The position numbers and the translations under genes are program-made. Of a DNA stretch of 64,000 bases, positions 18,230 to 29,125 are shown one piece after another; the first letter of the stretch is position 1; every line of letters begins with the position of its first letter. The stretch lies in the NCBI GenBank assembly GCA_963678055.1, contig OY782679.1, positions 1,064,717 through 1,128,716 of the forward strand, in the 5' to 3' direction. The notes beneath the pieces were generated by a model that searched no databases, was not told the DNA's origin, and saw nothing but the letters and a program-made list of their open reading frames with translations. This DNA comes from Candidatus Limiplasma sp. (lineage in GTDB: Bacteria; Bacillota; Clostridia; Christensenellales; Aristaeellaceae).

Positions 18230-21200
18230 TCAGGCGTTCGTTGGTTCTTTGGGTTCAGGCTGCACACTCACCGTTTCCAAGCGCTTGTCGACCTGGGTAA
18301 GAATTTTGATGGCGAGCTCCAGGGCGGCAAACGGTTCCAGGCTGCGCTGTTTCAGAATCATTTCCGGCGGCATACGGTGGCTGAAGGAGATGCGCTTGTC
18401 GGTTTCGGTGGCGGCAGTGAACAGGGCCATGGTATCGGTGATGAATTTGGGGTCCAGCCGCATGTGGATACCGTCGGCACGTAGGAACAGATGGTTAATG
18501 CCCAGCCGCCGGGTGACTGCGCGCAGGCGCGCGACCAGTATCAGCGTTTCCACAGGTTCAGGGATATCGCCAAAGCGGTCAATCAGCTCGGCTTCCACAT
18601 CCAGTTTGGAATCCTCATCCTCAATCATGGCAATGCGCTTGTACACTTCCACGCGCAGGCGTTCGTCCTGCACCAGGGTGTCGGGCAGATAGGCATCCAG
18701 CGAAAGCTCGATACGGGTATCCAGTTCCGGGGTGTCCTTAATGCCTTGCACCTCGTGTACAGCCTGCTCAATGAGCTTGACATACATATCGTACCCCACA
18801 GCCGACAGCTGCCCGCTTTGCTGGGGACCCAGCACATCGCCAGCGCCACGGATTTCCAAATCGCGCATGGCAATACGGTATCCTGCGCCAAACTCCGTAA
18901 ATTCACGAATGGCGGTTAAACGTTTTTCAGCGGCTTCGGATAAAAGCTTGTCCCGGCGTACGGTTAAATAGGCAAAGGCCTGGCGGCTGGACCGGCCTAC
19001 GCGTCCACGCAGCTGGTAGAGCTGCGACAGGCCGAAGCGGTCGGCATCGAACACAATCAGGGTGTTAGCTTCGGGTACATCCAGTCCGCTTTCGATGATG
19101 GTGGAGCAGAGCAGTACATCGTACGACCCGGCATAAAAGTCCAGCATCACATCTTCCAGCGCATTTTCCCGCATTTGCCCGTGGGCCACGGCGATGCGGG
19201 CCTCCGGTACCAGCGCTTGCAGGCGCGCATACATTTTCTCAATCGAGCGTACGCGGTTGTACAGGAAATATACCTGCCCGCCGCGCGCCATTTCGTGGCG
19301 GATGGCGTTGGCGACGATGGAATCATCATACGGCGTCACATAGGTTTTCACGGGCATGCGCTCTTCGGGCGGGGTTTCCAGTATGCTCATATCGCGTATG
19401 CCGGTCAGGCTCATGTGCAGGGTACGCGGAATGGGTGTAGCGGATAAGGTAAGCACATCTACCTTGGTTTTCATATGTTTGATGCTTTCCTTGTGGGCGA
19501 CACCGAAGCGATGTTCCTCGTCGATAATCAACAGACCCAGATCTTTAAATTGCAATTCTTTGCTGAGCAGGCGGTGTGTACCGACGATCACGTCGATTTT
19601 GCCCTCTTTCAGCTTGGCAATAATCTCGCGCTGTTCCTTGGGGGTGCGGAAGCGGCTGAGCATTTCGCAGGTGACGGGGAAGCCCGCGAAGCGTTTTTTC
19701 ATGGTGTTGTAGTGCTGCTGCACCAAAATGGTGGTGGGGGCGAGGATGGCGACCTGCTTACTGTCCAGCACGGCCTTGAACGCAGCGCGCAGAGCGACCT
19801 CGGTTTTGCCGTAGCCTACATCGCCGCAGAGTAGCCTGTCCATGCTGCGGGCGGATTCCATATCCTCGAAAATCTGTTCTACGCTTTTTTGTTGGTCTTC
19901 GGTCAGCTCGTAGGGGAACATGTCCTCAAACTCGCGCTGCCAGGGCATATCGTGGCTGAAGGCAAAGCCGTTGGGTTTGTGCCGCCGGGCATAGAGTTCC
20001 GCCAGGTTGAAGGCAAGCTCTTTCAGTCCTGCCTTCACTTTGCTTTTCTGCTTTTCCCAGGCACCGCTGCCCAGCTTGTTCAGCTTGGGCGGGGAGTTTT
20101 CCGCGCCGATAAACTTCTGCACGCGGTCAAACTGATCGGTGGGCACATACAGCTTATCGTTGCCCATATAGCGAATCAGCAGATAATCCCGCGTCACGCC
20201 TTCGGTTTGCAGCTGCACAACACCATCGTAAATGCCGATGCCGTGCATCTCGTGCACAACAAAATCGCCGGTTTTTAGATCGGTAAACGAGGCGATATGC
20301 GCACCGGAGACATGGTGTTTTTTTGTGCGCTGATACGCCGAGCCGTATAAATCGCTGTCGGACACCACACACAGCTTGGCAGCCAGATTGCGAAAGCCTT
20401 TTTGAACCGAAATGGGCAAGAGTAGCACCTTGCCCGGCACAAGTGGCTGATCGGCAGTGGCCGCATAGGTCGCGGTTACATTTTGTTGCTCCAGCGCACG
20501 CAGCAAGCGTTGCCCGCGGGCTTCGCCACCGGTGAGCAGCAGTATAGCACAGTTATCAGCCTGCCAGGCATGAATGTCTTTGGCAAGCGGGCTTAAGCGC
20601 CCGTTGTAGGGCATCACCGGTTCGGAGGGGAAGGAAAGCACATCGGTCGGTGCAAAATGACCAAGCCCGCGTGCCAGATCGCTGATCAGCAGCACGCTGT
20701 TGCGCTTAAGAGAGGTCAGCAGCTCCTCGTAGGGCAGAAGCAGGCCCTGTTGCGCGGGGAAGCTGTCGCCGCGTAACGCAGCCTCCTGCCATTCGGTTTG
20801 AAAGGCATCGTGCTTGGCTTTAGCGCGGGACTGGATCTGGTCGGGCTGATCAACCAGCACAATGGGGTGCTGCAAATACGCGTCCGCCGTGTCGGTGTGC
20901 GGACACAACACGTTCAGCCACATCGGCGCGGTGCGTATGGATTGCCCGGCGCGCAGCAGCGCTGCGTCATCCATATGATTTTTAGCGCGGGAGGGAGTTT
21001 CCGGTTTGTCGGCATTGTCAATCAGAGCACCGGCGGCCAGTTCCGAGGCGGCTTCCTCGTTATCGATGGTATCAAAAAAATCGTCCAGCGCGCCAAGTGA
21101 GTCTTTCTTCTTGGTTAGCTTGCCGTCGATGGCTGCGTGCTCATGAATGGCGGCTTCAAAGCGCTCGGCAGCGGTTTGCGGATCGTCGAGTATGCACTCC

Positions 21201-21871
21201 GATGCCGGGGTGATGAGCACATCCTTGACGCGTTCAATGGAACGCTGGCTGACGGCATCAAAGTGACGAATGCTGTCAATTTCGTCGTCGAAAAACTCAA
21301 TACGCAGCGCGTCCGGTTCGGTCGGCGGGAATACGTCGATAATCGCGCCGCGCATGGCACACTGCCCGCGGCCTTCGGCCATGGCGACCCGTTCGTAGCC
21401 AAGCTTAAGCAGCGTAGCCATCAGCTTTTCGGGAGCAATACGGCCGCCTTCTTGCAGGGGCAGGCTCGCGGCTTGGAATGCCTTGGCATTGGGGCAGCGG
21501 TCGAGCATCGCCTCGGCTGATACACACAGCACCTGGACGCGGCCATGGGCAGCATCGGTCAGCACCTGTAATCGCTGCCAGGTGCTTTCGCGGCTGGAGG
21601 CCGCACGGCTGAACTGCACATCGCGGCTTGGCAGCATGGCGGCTTGCAGTCCTAACTGACGCAAATCCTGCGCCTGCCGTTTGGCGGTCAGTTCCGTGGG
21701 GGATACCAGCAGTATGGGCCGTGCCGAGGCCTGCGCAAGCGCGGCGGCGAAAAAGGGTTTTTCACCGTCTGTCATGCCCGTCAGGTTCAGGCAGGCTTGA
21801 TCGGATAGCTGATTGAAAAGCGCTGTCCACGCGGGCAGCGCTGTGTAGGATTGGAATATTGCTTCGTTCAT
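18230..21871 (-). CDS. mfd: Transcription-repair coupling factor
   Basis: Start at MNEAIFQSY (ATG 21869-21871, overlapping the pth stop). It has a CarD/TRCF domain ([14 protein letters not shown]), superfamily-2 helicase motifs ([50 protein letters not shown]) and a TRG motif region. Confidence 0.95.
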   Translation of the reverse strand: MNEAIFQSYTALPAWTALFNQLSDQACLNLTGMTDGEKPFFAAALAQASARPILLVSPTELTAKRQAQDLRQLGLQAAMLPSRDVQFSRAASSRESTWQRLQVLTDAAHGRVQVLCVSAEAMLDRCPNAKAFQAASLPLQEGGRIAPEKLMATLLKLGYERVAMAEGRGQCAMRGAIIDVFPPTEPDALRIEFFDDEIDSIRHFDAVSQRSIERVKDVLITPASECILDDPQTAAERFEAAIHEHAAIDGKLTKKKDSLGALDDFFDTIDNEEAASELAAGALIDNADKPETPSRAKNHMDDAALLRAGQSIRTAPMWLNVLCPHTDTADAYLQHPIVLVDQPDQIQSRAKAKHDAFQTEWQEAALRGDSFPAQQGLLLPYEELLTSLKRNSVLLISDLARGLGHFAPTDVLSFPSEPVMPYNGRLSPLAKDIHAWQADNCAILLLTGGEARGQRLLRALEQQNVTATYAATADQPLVPGKVLLLPISVQKGFRNLAAKLCVVSDSDLYGSAYQRTKKHHVSGAHIASFTDLKTGDFVVHEMHGIGIYDGVVQLQTEGVTRDYLLIRYMGNDKLYVPTDQFDRVQKFIGAENSPPKLNKLGSGAWEKQKSKVKAGLKELAFNLAELYARRHKPNGFAFSHDMPWQREFEDMFPYELTEDQQKSVEQIFEDMESARSMDRLLCGDVGYGKTEVALRAAFKAVLDSKQVAILAPTTILVQQHYNTMKKRFAGFPVTCEMLSRFRTPKEQREIIAKLKEGKIDVIVGTHRLLSKELQFKDLGLLIIDEEHRFGVAHKESIKHMKTKVDVLTLSATPIPRTLHMSLTGIRDMSILETPPEERMPVKTYVTPYDDSIVANAIRHEMARGGQVYFLYNRVRSIEKMYARLQALVPEARIAVAHGQMRENALEDVMLDFYAGSYDVLLCSTIIESGLDVPEANTLIVFDADRFGLSQLYQLRGRVGRSSRQAFAYLTVRRDKLLSEAAEKRLTAIREFTEFGAGYRIAMRDLEIRGAGDVLGPQQSGQLSAVGYDMYVKLIEQAVHEVQGIKDTPELDTRIELSLDAYLPDTLVQDERLRVEVYKRIAMIEDEDSKLDVEAELIDRFGDIPEPVETLILVARLRAVTRRLGINHLFLRADGIHMRLDPKFITDTMALFTAATETDKRISFSHRMPPEMILKQRSLEPFAALELAIKILTQVDKRLETVSVQPEPKEPTNA

Positions 21872-22476
21872 GCGTCGTCTCCGGTTTCGCCGGGCGGTAC
21901 CGGCTTGGGTTTTTTGGTGTTGTATTTGCGCATAGCGCTTTCTACGCCGTGCTTGACCCACTCCACGGCGGCATCCGCCGCTTTGTGGTAGGCATCAAAG
22001 GCAATTTGCCGTTCTTGCGCGGTACGATAGTGCGAAAGCACCCAGTCGGCCAGCTCGTACGGGCCGGGGTTTTGGCCGATGCCGACGCGAAGGCGCGCAA
22101 ACTCCCCGGTATTTATACACGCGAGGATGGAGCGCATCCCGTTGTGCGTACCGGCACTGCCGCCCCGGCGAATGCGTAAAAAGCCCGGAGGGATATCGAT
22201 ATCGTCGTAGATCACCAAAAGCTGATCGGGCGATAGCTTATAAAACGCCATCAGCTCCTGTACCGCTGCGCCGCTCAGGTTCATATAGGTCTGCGGCTTG
22301 CAAAGCAACACGGTTTCGCCGTCGATCTGTGTTTGCATCAGCAGCGAATTTCCTTTGCGTTTGGTGGTCTTGATTTGCAGTGTGTCTGCCAAAATGGACA
22401 GCACATCAAAGCCCGCATTGTGGCGGGTGTGGTCGTATTTATCTCCGGGGTTGCCCAGGCCTACGATCAGGTGCAT
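21868..22476 (-). CDS. pth: Peptidyl-tRNA hydrolase
   Basis: MHLIVGLGNPGDKYDHTRHNAGF...GGSAGTHNGMRSI. It has a short basic/Pro-rich C-terminal extension. Confidence 0.92.
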   Translation of the reverse strand: MHLIVGLGNPGDKYDHTRHNAGFDVLSILADTLQIKTTKRKGNSLLMQTQIDGETVLLCKPQTYMNLSGAAVQELMAFYKLSPDQLLVIYDDIDIPPGFLRIRRGGSAGTHNGMRSILACINTGEFARLRVGIGQNPGPYELADWVLSHYRTAQERQIAFDAYHKAADAAVEWVKHGVESAMRKYNTKKPKPVPPGETGDDA

Positions 22477-22479
22477 GTT

Positions 22480-23583
22480 TTACAGTTTCCCCTTCTCCTT
22501 GCGGGCTTTTACCCAGCCTTCCTTCACCGTGCCCCGCGCGCGCGCAATATAAAGCGCTTGGGCGGGTACATCCTGGTCCACGGTGCTGCCGGCGGCAATG
22601 TAGGACTCCTGCCCGATATGCAGCGGGGGGATCAGGTTGACATTGCAACCGATAAAGGCGTGGTCGTCCACCACGGTGCGGTTTTTGGTTTTGCCGTCGT
22701 AGTTTGAAAACACAACGCCGCAACCCAGGTTGATATCCTTGCCAAGATCACCATCGCCAACATAGGTCAGGTGGCTGATCTTGGTACCGTCGCCAACATT
22801 GGAGTTTTTGATCTCAACAAAATCGCCAATGCGGCAATGGTCGCCCACTTTGGTTTGCGGGCGGAGGTAGGCAAACGGCCCTACGGTGGTGTGGCTGCCG
22901 ACCGCGCAAGAGAGCAGCACGCTGTGTTCCACGGTGGTTTCGTCACCGATAACAGCGTCCTTCAAGCGGCTGCCGGGGTACAGGGTGCAGCCGGAGCCGA
23001 TGGTGGTTTGCCCTTGCAGGGTATTGTCCGGGTAGAGCAGGGTACCGGCACCGATTTGCACATCGGCTTCGATTACCGTACGGTCCGGGTCCAGTATGAT
23101 GACACCATTTTCAAGGTGGGTATCGACAATGCGCTTGCGCAGACAACGATAGGCGGTCGCGAAGCTTTTTGCATCGGTCACGGCAATGCCGTCCTCAGCG
23201 CTGGTAATTTGCAGGGTTGCCAGGGTATCGGCATAGGCTTCCAGTAGTAATGAAAGCGTGATGTCGTCTTCAAAGGCATTCAGCTCGCACGCGGGCAGGG
23301 CAACCGCCAGCGGAACGCCCGCTTCGGTCACCAGGGCGCAGGGTGCATCGGCCGCGCGCTGCACCAGAGCATCCAAGCTTTGCAGGCAGGGTGTATTGTC
23401 CGCTGCAAACAGTAGCACGTCAAAATCGCTAATGGATAGCTCATCGCGTGCAAATGCATTTTCATCCGCGCCTGCGGCGATCATAGCGGCCATAGTGTGC
23501 TCGCCTAGGGGCTTGCCCAAAAGCGACTGATTTGAAACCGTCGTTTCGCCGCCCGGCAACAGTACGCCGAGGATTGTTTTCAT
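22480..23583 (-). CDS. GlmU-like protein: intact left-handed beta-helix acetyltransferase half, shortened and degenerate N-terminal nucleotidyltransferase half
   Basis: 367 aa with an AGGAGGG SD. The C-terminal half shows clear hexapeptide repeats and the GlmU tail (GDFVEIKNSNVGDGTKISHLTYVGDGDLGKDINLGCGVVFSNYDGKTKNRTVVDDHAFIGCNVNLIPP...ARARGTVKEGWV). The N-terminus reads LGVLLPGGETTVSNQSLLGKPL where GlmU has LAAGKGTRM...PKVLH. The position upstream of pth-mfd matches glmU synteny. Confidence 0.7.
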   Translation of the reverse strand: MKTILGVLLPGGETTVSNQSLLGKPLGEHTMAAMIAAGADENAFARDELSISDFDVLLFAADNTPCLQSLDALVQRAADAPCALVTEAGVPLAVALPACELNAFEDDITLSLLLEAYADTLATLQITSAEDGIAVTDAKSFATAYRCLRKRIVDTHLENGVIILDPDRTVIEADVQIGAGTLLYPDNTLQGQTTIGSGCTLYPGSRLKDAVIGDETTVEHSVLLSCAVGSHTTVGPFAYLRPQTKVGDHCRIGDFVEIKNSNVGDGTKISHLTYVGDGDLGKDINLGCGVVFSNYDGKTKNRTVVDDHAFIGCNVNLIPPLHIGQESYIAAGSTVDQDVPAQALYIARARGTVKEGWVKARKEKGKL

Positions 23584-23705
23584 GCGTATCCCTCCTGCTT
23601 CTCAGTGTCCTGAGTATACCATACCAAGGCTTTGCATGCCAACCGCAATTGCGGCTTTGCTTGTGGTATAATGCGGTATAGACTACTGTTGAATGGAGAG
23701 GAACT

Positions 23706-24428
23706 ATGCCGTCTGAAACGCTGCAAGGCATTGTGCTCCGGGTTGCCAATTACCGCGACCGGGACCGGATGCTGACCCTGCTGTCGCCCGATAAAGGGCG
23801 CGTGGATGTGCTTTCGCGCGGATGCCGCAGGCCGAAAAGCTGCCTGATGCCCGTCAGTGAGAATTTTGTGCAGGGCGAGTTTGTGTTGTTTCGCAATCAG
23901 GACCGCTATACCCTAAGCTCCGCCAACATTAGCGAATCGTATTATCCCCTGCGGCTGGATGCCTACCGCATGATCTGCGGGGCCTATATGCTGCAGCTGG
24001 CCCAGGCTGCCGCGCACCCGGAGCAGGAAGCAAAGACCATATACGAGCTGCTTACGGCCAGCCTGCACCGCCTGTGCTACGACCAAAGCGCCAGTCCCCT
24101 GATGGTGGTCAACAGCTTTCTGTTACTGTTTGCCGCCGATAACGGCTACCGCCCGCGCCTGAACCACTGCGTGTACTGCCAAAAGGAGATTGCGCCCACA
24201 CAGAGCGCGTATTTCGATAGTATTGAGGGCGGCATTTGCTGCCGAAACTGCACCAAAGGCGCGCTGATGCGTTTGTCCGCCAAGCAGCTAGGCTGGATGC
24301 GCCAAACGCTGAAACAAGGCCTCGGCGTTCCCGAAATCACTGAAGATAAGACGCTGTTTGAAGTGCTGCGGCGCTATGTAGAATCCAGGCTTGATGCGAC
24401 CATCAAATCCAGCAAGTTTTTGCCGTAG
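23706..24428 (+). CDS. recO: DNA repair protein RecO
   Basis: MPSETLQGIVLRVANYRDRDRMLTLLSPDKGRVDVLSRG... with a C-terminal Cys cluster (CVYCQKE...CCRNC). Confidence 0.88.
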   Translation: MPSETLQGIVLRVANYRDRDRMLTLLSPDKGRVDVLSRGCRRPKSCLMPVSENFVQGEFVLFRNQDRYTLSSANISESYYPLRLDAYRMICGAYMLQLAQAAAHPEQEAKTIYELLTASLHRLCYDQSASPLMVVNSFLLLFAADNGYRPRLNHCVYCQKEIAPTQSAYFDSIEGGICCRNCTKGALMRLSAKQLGWMRQTLKQGLGVPEITEDKTLFEVLRRYVESRLDATIKSSKFLP

Positions 24429-24489
24429 GAAAATAGATGAAGCTACCAAGTGGATGCGACGAATACGCTTTGTGCCATAAAGGAGATGG

Positions 24490-24906
24490 ATGCTATTGAA
24501 TAGTCTGAATGTCAAAGTCGGAGCCTGTATATTGGCCGGTGACATGGACGTTATGGTTCGTTTCTATCGGGATACACTGGGTTTTCAAACGCAATGGGAC
24601 GGCGGAGATTTTGCGGAGTTTGAAACAGCCAGCGGGGCCTTATCCTTTTTTATGTATAGCAGAAAGGCATTTGCCAAAGAAATTAAGGAGGATTATATCC
24701 CCCCAAGAGGAATCAATCAGACATTTGAAATTGCGCTCTGGTTGCCCTGCTATGCCGATGTGGATGCGGAATATGATCGCCTGTCAAAGCTGGATATACG
24801 GTTTCCGACAGGAAAACCGACGACGTTTTCCTTCGGTATTCGTAATTTCTATGTCGCCGATCCGGAAGGTAACCTGCTTGAAATCGGCAGTACGAGTGAA
24901 GCATAG
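24490..24906 (+). CDS. VOC/glyoxalase-bleomycin resistance family protein
   Basis: 138 aa. FYRDTLGFQ...FEIALW...FYVADPEGNLLEI is typical of the VOC fold. The exact start is uncertain because the SD spacing to the ATG is short. Confidence 0.65.
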   Translation: MLLNSLNVKVGACILAGDMDVMVRFYRDTLGFQTQWDGGDFAEFETASGALSFFMYSRKAFAKEIKEDYIPPRGINQTFEIALWLPCYADVDAEYDRLSKLDIRFPTGKPTTFSFGIRNFYVADPEGNLLEIGSTSEA

Positions 24907-24929
24907 CTGCAACTTCAATGCATCACAGC

Positions 24930-24956
24930 AAAAAGCCGCGCATTGCGCGGCTTTTT
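24930..24956. terminator. Bidirectional terminator between the convergent VOC gene and asnS
   Basis: AAAAGCCGCGC-att-GCGCGGCTTTTT. Confidence 0.85.
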
Positions 24957-25002
24957 ATAATGGGGTAAGGGCAACCCTAGGGGTTAAACCCCTTGACGTG
25001 CT

Positions 25003-26394
25003 TTAAAACTCTGCGTTCCCTGTGGTTCTGGGGAAGGGGAGCACATCGCGGATGTTGGACATGCCGGTGAGGTACATAATCAGCCGTTCAAAGCCCAAGC
25101 CAAAGCCTGCATGCGGGGCCGTGCCAAAGCGCCGGGTATCCAAGTACCAGGCATAGGCTTCCTCGTCCAGCTGATAGTCGGCGATGCGCTGTTTTAGCAC
25201 ATCCTCGCGCTCTTCACGCTGGCTGCCGCCAATCAGCTCACCAACGCCCGGCACGAGCATATCCACCGCGGCTACGGTTTTTTGATCGTCGTTCATGCGC
25301 ATATAGAAAGCTTTAATCTCTTTTGGATAATTGTACACGAAAACCGGCTTTTTAAAGTGTGTCTCGGTCAGGTAGCGCTCATGTTCGGTTTGCAGATCCA
25401 CACCCCAGCTTACGGGATACTCAAACTTTGCGCCGCTGTTTTGCAAAATCTCGATCGCATCGGTATAGGTGCAGCGTACGAACTCGCTTTCTACCAGCGA
25501 GGTGAGCTTTTCAATCAAGCCTTTTTCCACAAAGCTGTTTAAGAAGTTGATTTCGTTGGGTGCTTCTTCCATCACATGGGTGATGATGTATTTAATCATT
25601 TCCTCAGCCAGCGCCATATCGTCAAACAAATCGGCAAAGGCGATTTCCGGCTCGATCATCCAAAACTCCGCTGCGTGCCGCTGTGTATAGCTGATCTCGG
25701 CACGGAAGGTGGGGCCGAAGGTGTATACGTTGCGAAACGCCAGGCAGAATGTTTCCACATTCAGCTGCCCGCTGACGGTGAGGTTGGCTTGCTTTTTGAA
25801 AAAGTCCTGTGCGTAGTCTACCTCGCCTTGCTCGGTTTTGGGCGGACTGTTGACATCCAGCGTCGTCACCTGAAACATCTCGCCTGCGCCTTCGCAGTCG
25901 CTGGCGGTGATGATCGGTGTATGTACATACACAAAGCCACGCTCGTGGAAAAACTGGTGAATGATCTGCGCGGTGAGCGAGCGGATGCGAAACACCGCCG
26001 AATAGGCATTGGTGCGGGGCCGCAGATGGGCGATTGTACGCAGGTACTCAAAGCTATGGCGCTTTTTTTGCAGGGGATAGGCCGGGTCGCTCATACCGAC
26101 GACTTCCACCGCCTGTGCTTTGAGTTCAAAAGGCTGCTTCATGCCGGGGGTCATCACCAGGGTTCCGGTTGCGCGGATGGCACTGCCCAGCGTAATCTTC
26201 AGTGAGGAAGCAAAGTCTTCGGTTTTGCCGTCTTCCAGCACGATTTGCATATTTTTAAAGCTTGTGCCATCGTTGATTTCAATAAAACCAAAGGCTTTGG
26301 AATCGCGCACGGTGCGCACCCAGCCGGAAATTGAAAAGTTTTCAATATCCTTGTCCGGCATAGTCTGGTACAGACTGGCGATGGATTGTTTCAT
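25003..26394 (-). CDS. asnS: Asparagine--tRNA ligase
   Basis: 463 aa. N-terminal OB fold followed by a class IIb core ([56 protein letters not shown]). Confidence 0.93.
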   Translation of the reverse strand: MKQSIASLYQTMPDKDIENFSISGWVRTVRDSKAFGFIEINDGTSFKNMQIVLEDGKTEDFASSLKITLGSAIRATGTLVMTPGMKQPFELKAQAVEVVGMSDPAYPLQKKRHSFEYLRTIAHLRPRTNAYSAVFRIRSLTAQIIHQFFHERGFVYVHTPIITASDCEGAGEMFQVTTLDVNSPPKTEQGEVDYAQDFFKKQANLTVSGQLNVETFCLAFRNVYTFGPTFRAEISYTQRHAAEFWMIEPEIAFADLFDDMALAEEMIKYIITHVMEEAPNEINFLNSFVEKGLIEKLTSLVESEFVRCTYTDAIEILQNSGAKFEYPVSWGVDLQTEHERYLTETHFKKPVFVYNYPKEIKAFYMRMNDDQKTVAAVDMLVPGVGELIGGSQREEREDVLKQRIADYQLDEEAYAWYLDTRRFGTAPHAGFGLGFERLIMYLTGMSNIRDVLPFPRTTGNAEF

Positions 26395-27353
26395 TTGGAT
26401 TCCTCCAGCAGTTGTTTTGCAAGCAAGGCCGCGCCGATAAACCCGGCGTTTGCGCCCAGCGTGGCGATTTTGATATCAGCATAGGGAACGGGGAAGGCCA
26501 GCTGGCCTTTAATTTGCTTATTGATTTCATCCAGCAGAAACGGGCCATCCTTGGACAGTCCGCCGCCGATGACGATGACCTGCGGGTCCAGCAGACAGAT
26601 GATGGACGACAGCGCCAGGCACAGATAATGAACATACTGCTTAAATACGGCAACAGCCGTTTCATCGCCCTTCATGGCGCAGGCGAAAATGTTTTTCCCG
26701 TTAAGCTTTTCCAAATTATTGTCACTGACCGACCACAAAGCGCTTTCGTGGTGCTCAATCGCGGCTTCTTTGGCCAGGCGGATCAGCGCGGTGGCACTGC
26801 AATAGCGTTCTACGCAGCCCTTGCGCCCGCAGGTGCAGGGTTCGCCGTCGATCTGCATAATTACATGGCCGATCTCGCCCCCGGCACCGTGGTAGCCGCT
26901 GAAGGGTTTGTCGTTAATGACCAGCCCGCCGCCAACGCCTGTCCCCAGCGTAATGAAAACACTGGAATGCGTGCCGGCGCTGACGCCGCATACGCTTTCG
27001 GCATACCCGGCCAGGTTGGCATCGTTATCAATGACCACAGGTCTGGGGATATATTTTTGCAGTTCCTGCCGCAGGGGGACATCCCACCACTGCATATTCA
27101 CGCAGCGCATTACAACGCCGCTGACATTGTCCACAACGCCGGGTACGCCGACCCCAACCGCCGCTACGTCATCCATCGTGCTGCCGATTTGCGCTACCAG
27201 CTTTGTTGCGTAGTCTGCCATGTTTTTAATGATATCCTGATAGCTTTCACCAACGCCGGTGGGCGTTTTTCCCTGTGCCAGAATATTGGCGTTTTCATCC
27301 AGCAGTCCAATTTTTACATCCGTACCGCCAACGTCGATTCCGATAAAAACCAT
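26391..27353 (-). CDS. glcK: ROK family glucokinase
   Basis: [19 protein letters not shown]..., the ROK zinc motif [12 protein letters not shown], and GHV... Its stop overlaps the asnS start by 4 nt. Confidence 0.85.
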   Translation of the reverse strand: MVFIGIDVGGTDVKIGLLDENANILAQGKTPTGVGESYQDIIKNMADYATKLVAQIGSTMDDVAAVGVGVPGVVDNVSGVVMRCVNMQWWDVPLRQELQKYIPRPVVIDNDANLAGYAESVCGVSAGTHSSVFITLGTGVGGGLVINDKPFSGYHGAGGEIGHVIMQIDGEPCTCGRKGCVERYCSATALIRLAKEAAIEHHESALWSVSDNNLEKLNGKNIFACAMKGDETAVAVFKQYVHYLCLALSSIICLLDPQVIVIGGGLSKDGPFLLDEINKQIKGQLAFPVPYADIKIATLGANAGFIGAALLAKQLLEESK

Positions 27354-27366
27354 GTGTGTCCTCCGC

Positions 27367-28299
27367 TTATTCAGCGCCGTTTTCGGCGTTGTTCATCATC
27401 AAATCGCTCAGGCGGCGGTCCAGCTCGCTGGCCGCGCTATAGCCGAGTCGTTTCAGGCTCAGGTTGCGGGCGGCAACCTCGATAATGATGGCCAGGTTAC
27501 GCCCCGGGCGCACCGGCATCACCTGATAGGGTACATTCACATTCATAATGGCAATGGTTTCTTCCGTCAGGCCCAGCCTGTCGTATTCCTTTTCCTGGTT
27601 CCATTTTTCCAAATGAATGACCAGATCAATGGTTTTTGACAGGGTAATAGCGCCTACGCCGTACATCGCGCGGATGTCGATAATGCCGATACCGCGGATT
27701 TCCATAAAGTGGCGGATGGTCTCGGGGGATTCGCCGATCAGCCTGTCGTCGGCCACGCGGCAGATATCAACCACATCGTCGGCGCACAGCTGGTGGCCGC
27801 GCTTGACCAGTTCGAGCGCCGCTTCGCTTTTGCCCACGCCGCTTTCGCCGGTAATCATCACGCCGACGCCAAATACATCCACCAGCACGCCGTGCCGCGT
27901 TTCATGCGGGGCAAGCTGGCGGCTTAAATAGGTAATGGCTTGCAGGGTAAACACGGTGGTCTTTTTCTGCGATTGCAGGATGGGGATATCGTGTTCCTGC
28001 GCCAGTTCCAGCAGCTCTTCCGGCGCGGTCATGCCCCAGCAGATAACAATGCCGGGGATGGGGTAGCGCATAATGGGCTTTAAGATGGCCAGGCGTTTTT
28101 GAATTGTGCACGATTCCAGATAGTTCATCTCCGCTTTGCCGATGACCTGTAAGCGCTCGTGCGAAAAGTATTCGTAGAACCCGAAAAACTGCATGCCCGG
28201 CCGGTTTAAGTCCGGCAGGGTGATGTTCATCTCATCCTTAGTGGACGGATGCAGTACTTTCAAATCCAGCGCCTTGGCAAAATCCGCGATCCTGATCAT
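27367..28299 (-). CDS. hprK: HPr kinase/phosphorylase
   Basis: HGVLVDVFGVGVMITGESGVGKSEAALELVKRGHQLCADD...MEIRGIGIID. Confidence 0.95.
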   Translation of the reverse strand: MIRIADFAKALDLKVLHPSTKDEMNITLPDLNRPGMQFFGFYEYFSHERLQVIGKAEMNYLESCTIQKRLAILKPIMRYPIPGIVICWGMTAPEELLELAQEHDIPILQSQKKTTVFTLQAITYLSRQLAPHETRHGVLVDVFGVGVMITGESGVGKSEAALELVKRGHQLCADDVVDICRVADDRLIGESPETIRHFMEIRGIGIIDIRAMYGVGAITLSKTIDLVIHLEKWNQEKEYDRLGLTEETIAIMNVNVPYQVMPVRPGRNLAIIIEVAARNLSLKRLGYSAASELDRRLSDLMMNNAENGAE

Positions 28300-29114
28300 A
28301 CGCTCACACTCCCTGAAGGCTCACACAGTATGTGATCTTCGATAAAATGCGCAAGGCCGTCCTGCGCGTTGGGTTTCTCAGTAACATAGTGCGTGGCCCG
28401 GATGACCTCCGGGCGGGCATTTTGCATAGCCACGCTGTTGTCGGTAAACGCAAGCATGGATAAGTCGTTCAGGCTGTCGCCAAACACCATGGTCCGCTCG
28501 GGACGCAAGCCCAGAAGCTTGCTCATCGCTTGCAGAGCGGCACCTTTGGATACGCCTTTGGGCTGCGCTTCCAAAAAGTAGGGCTTGCTGATGGTAAAGG
28601 AGATATCGGGAAAGTCTGCTTGAATTTTAGGAAACATCGCTTCCACAGCCTGCGGGTCGTTCACGATCAGCACTTTTGGCGTGGGGAAATCCAGAAAGGC
28701 GGTTAAATCGCCAACGGCTTTGCCCTGCATGCCGGTTTGCCGGGAATAGCGCTTGCTTTTTTCATTGGCCTGGGCGTAATAAAAATAATCGCCCCCGTAC
28801 ACCTGCGCATAGATGTTGCGCTCGCTAAAATACCGCAGCAAGGTTTTGGCCTCATCAGGCGAAAACATGACGGAGGATATCTCTGTATGGTCGGGGTTTA
28901 GCAGCTGGGCGCCGTTACAGGCAATGTAGGGCTGCCCGGAAGCCAATTTATTCACAAAGGGGCGCATACTCACAGCGGCCCGGCCGCTGGCGGCAATCAC
29001 GCGGATGCCGCGCCGCATGGCTTCGGTTAGCACTTGCATGGTATAGGCAGAAAGCGAGGTGTTGGCATCCAGTAATGTGTCGTCCAGATCGGTTACGATG
29101 GTATCGATCAGCAA
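28296..29114 (-). CDS. Cof-type HAD-IIB phosphatase
   Basis: Start re-assigned to the TTG at 29112-29114 (AGGAG 8 nt upstream), giving MLIDTIVTDLDDTLL (HAD motif I), then SGR and GDSLNDLSM. The longer tracked ORF (to 29357) runs through tadA in another frame. Confidence 0.8.
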   Translation of the reverse strand: MLIDTIVTDLDDTLLDANTSLSAYTMQVLTEAMRRGIRVIAASGRAAVSMRPFVNKLASGQPYIACNGAQLLNPDHTEISSVMFSPDEAKTLLRYFSERNIYAQVYGGDYFYYAQANEKSKRYSRQTGMQGKAVGDLTAFLDFPTPKVLIVNDPQAVEAMFPKIQADFPDISFTISKPYFLEAQPKGVSKGAALQAMSKLLGLRPERTMVFGDSLNDLSMLAFTDNSVAMQNARPEVIRATHYVTEKPNAQDGLAHFIEDHILCEPSGSVSV

Positions 29115-29125
29115 TGAAACGGCTC

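Noticed and set aside
21872-21961. N-terminal extensions of tracked ORFs: mfd to 21961, glnN from 11008, amt from 13266, GH1 from 51113, the lipoprotein from 2101, GNAT from 17426 and serS to 59329.
   Set aside because: The extensions are Arg-rich or overlap upstream genes, terminators or leaders. Internal starts with Shine-Dalgarno sequences reproduce the canonical family N-termini.
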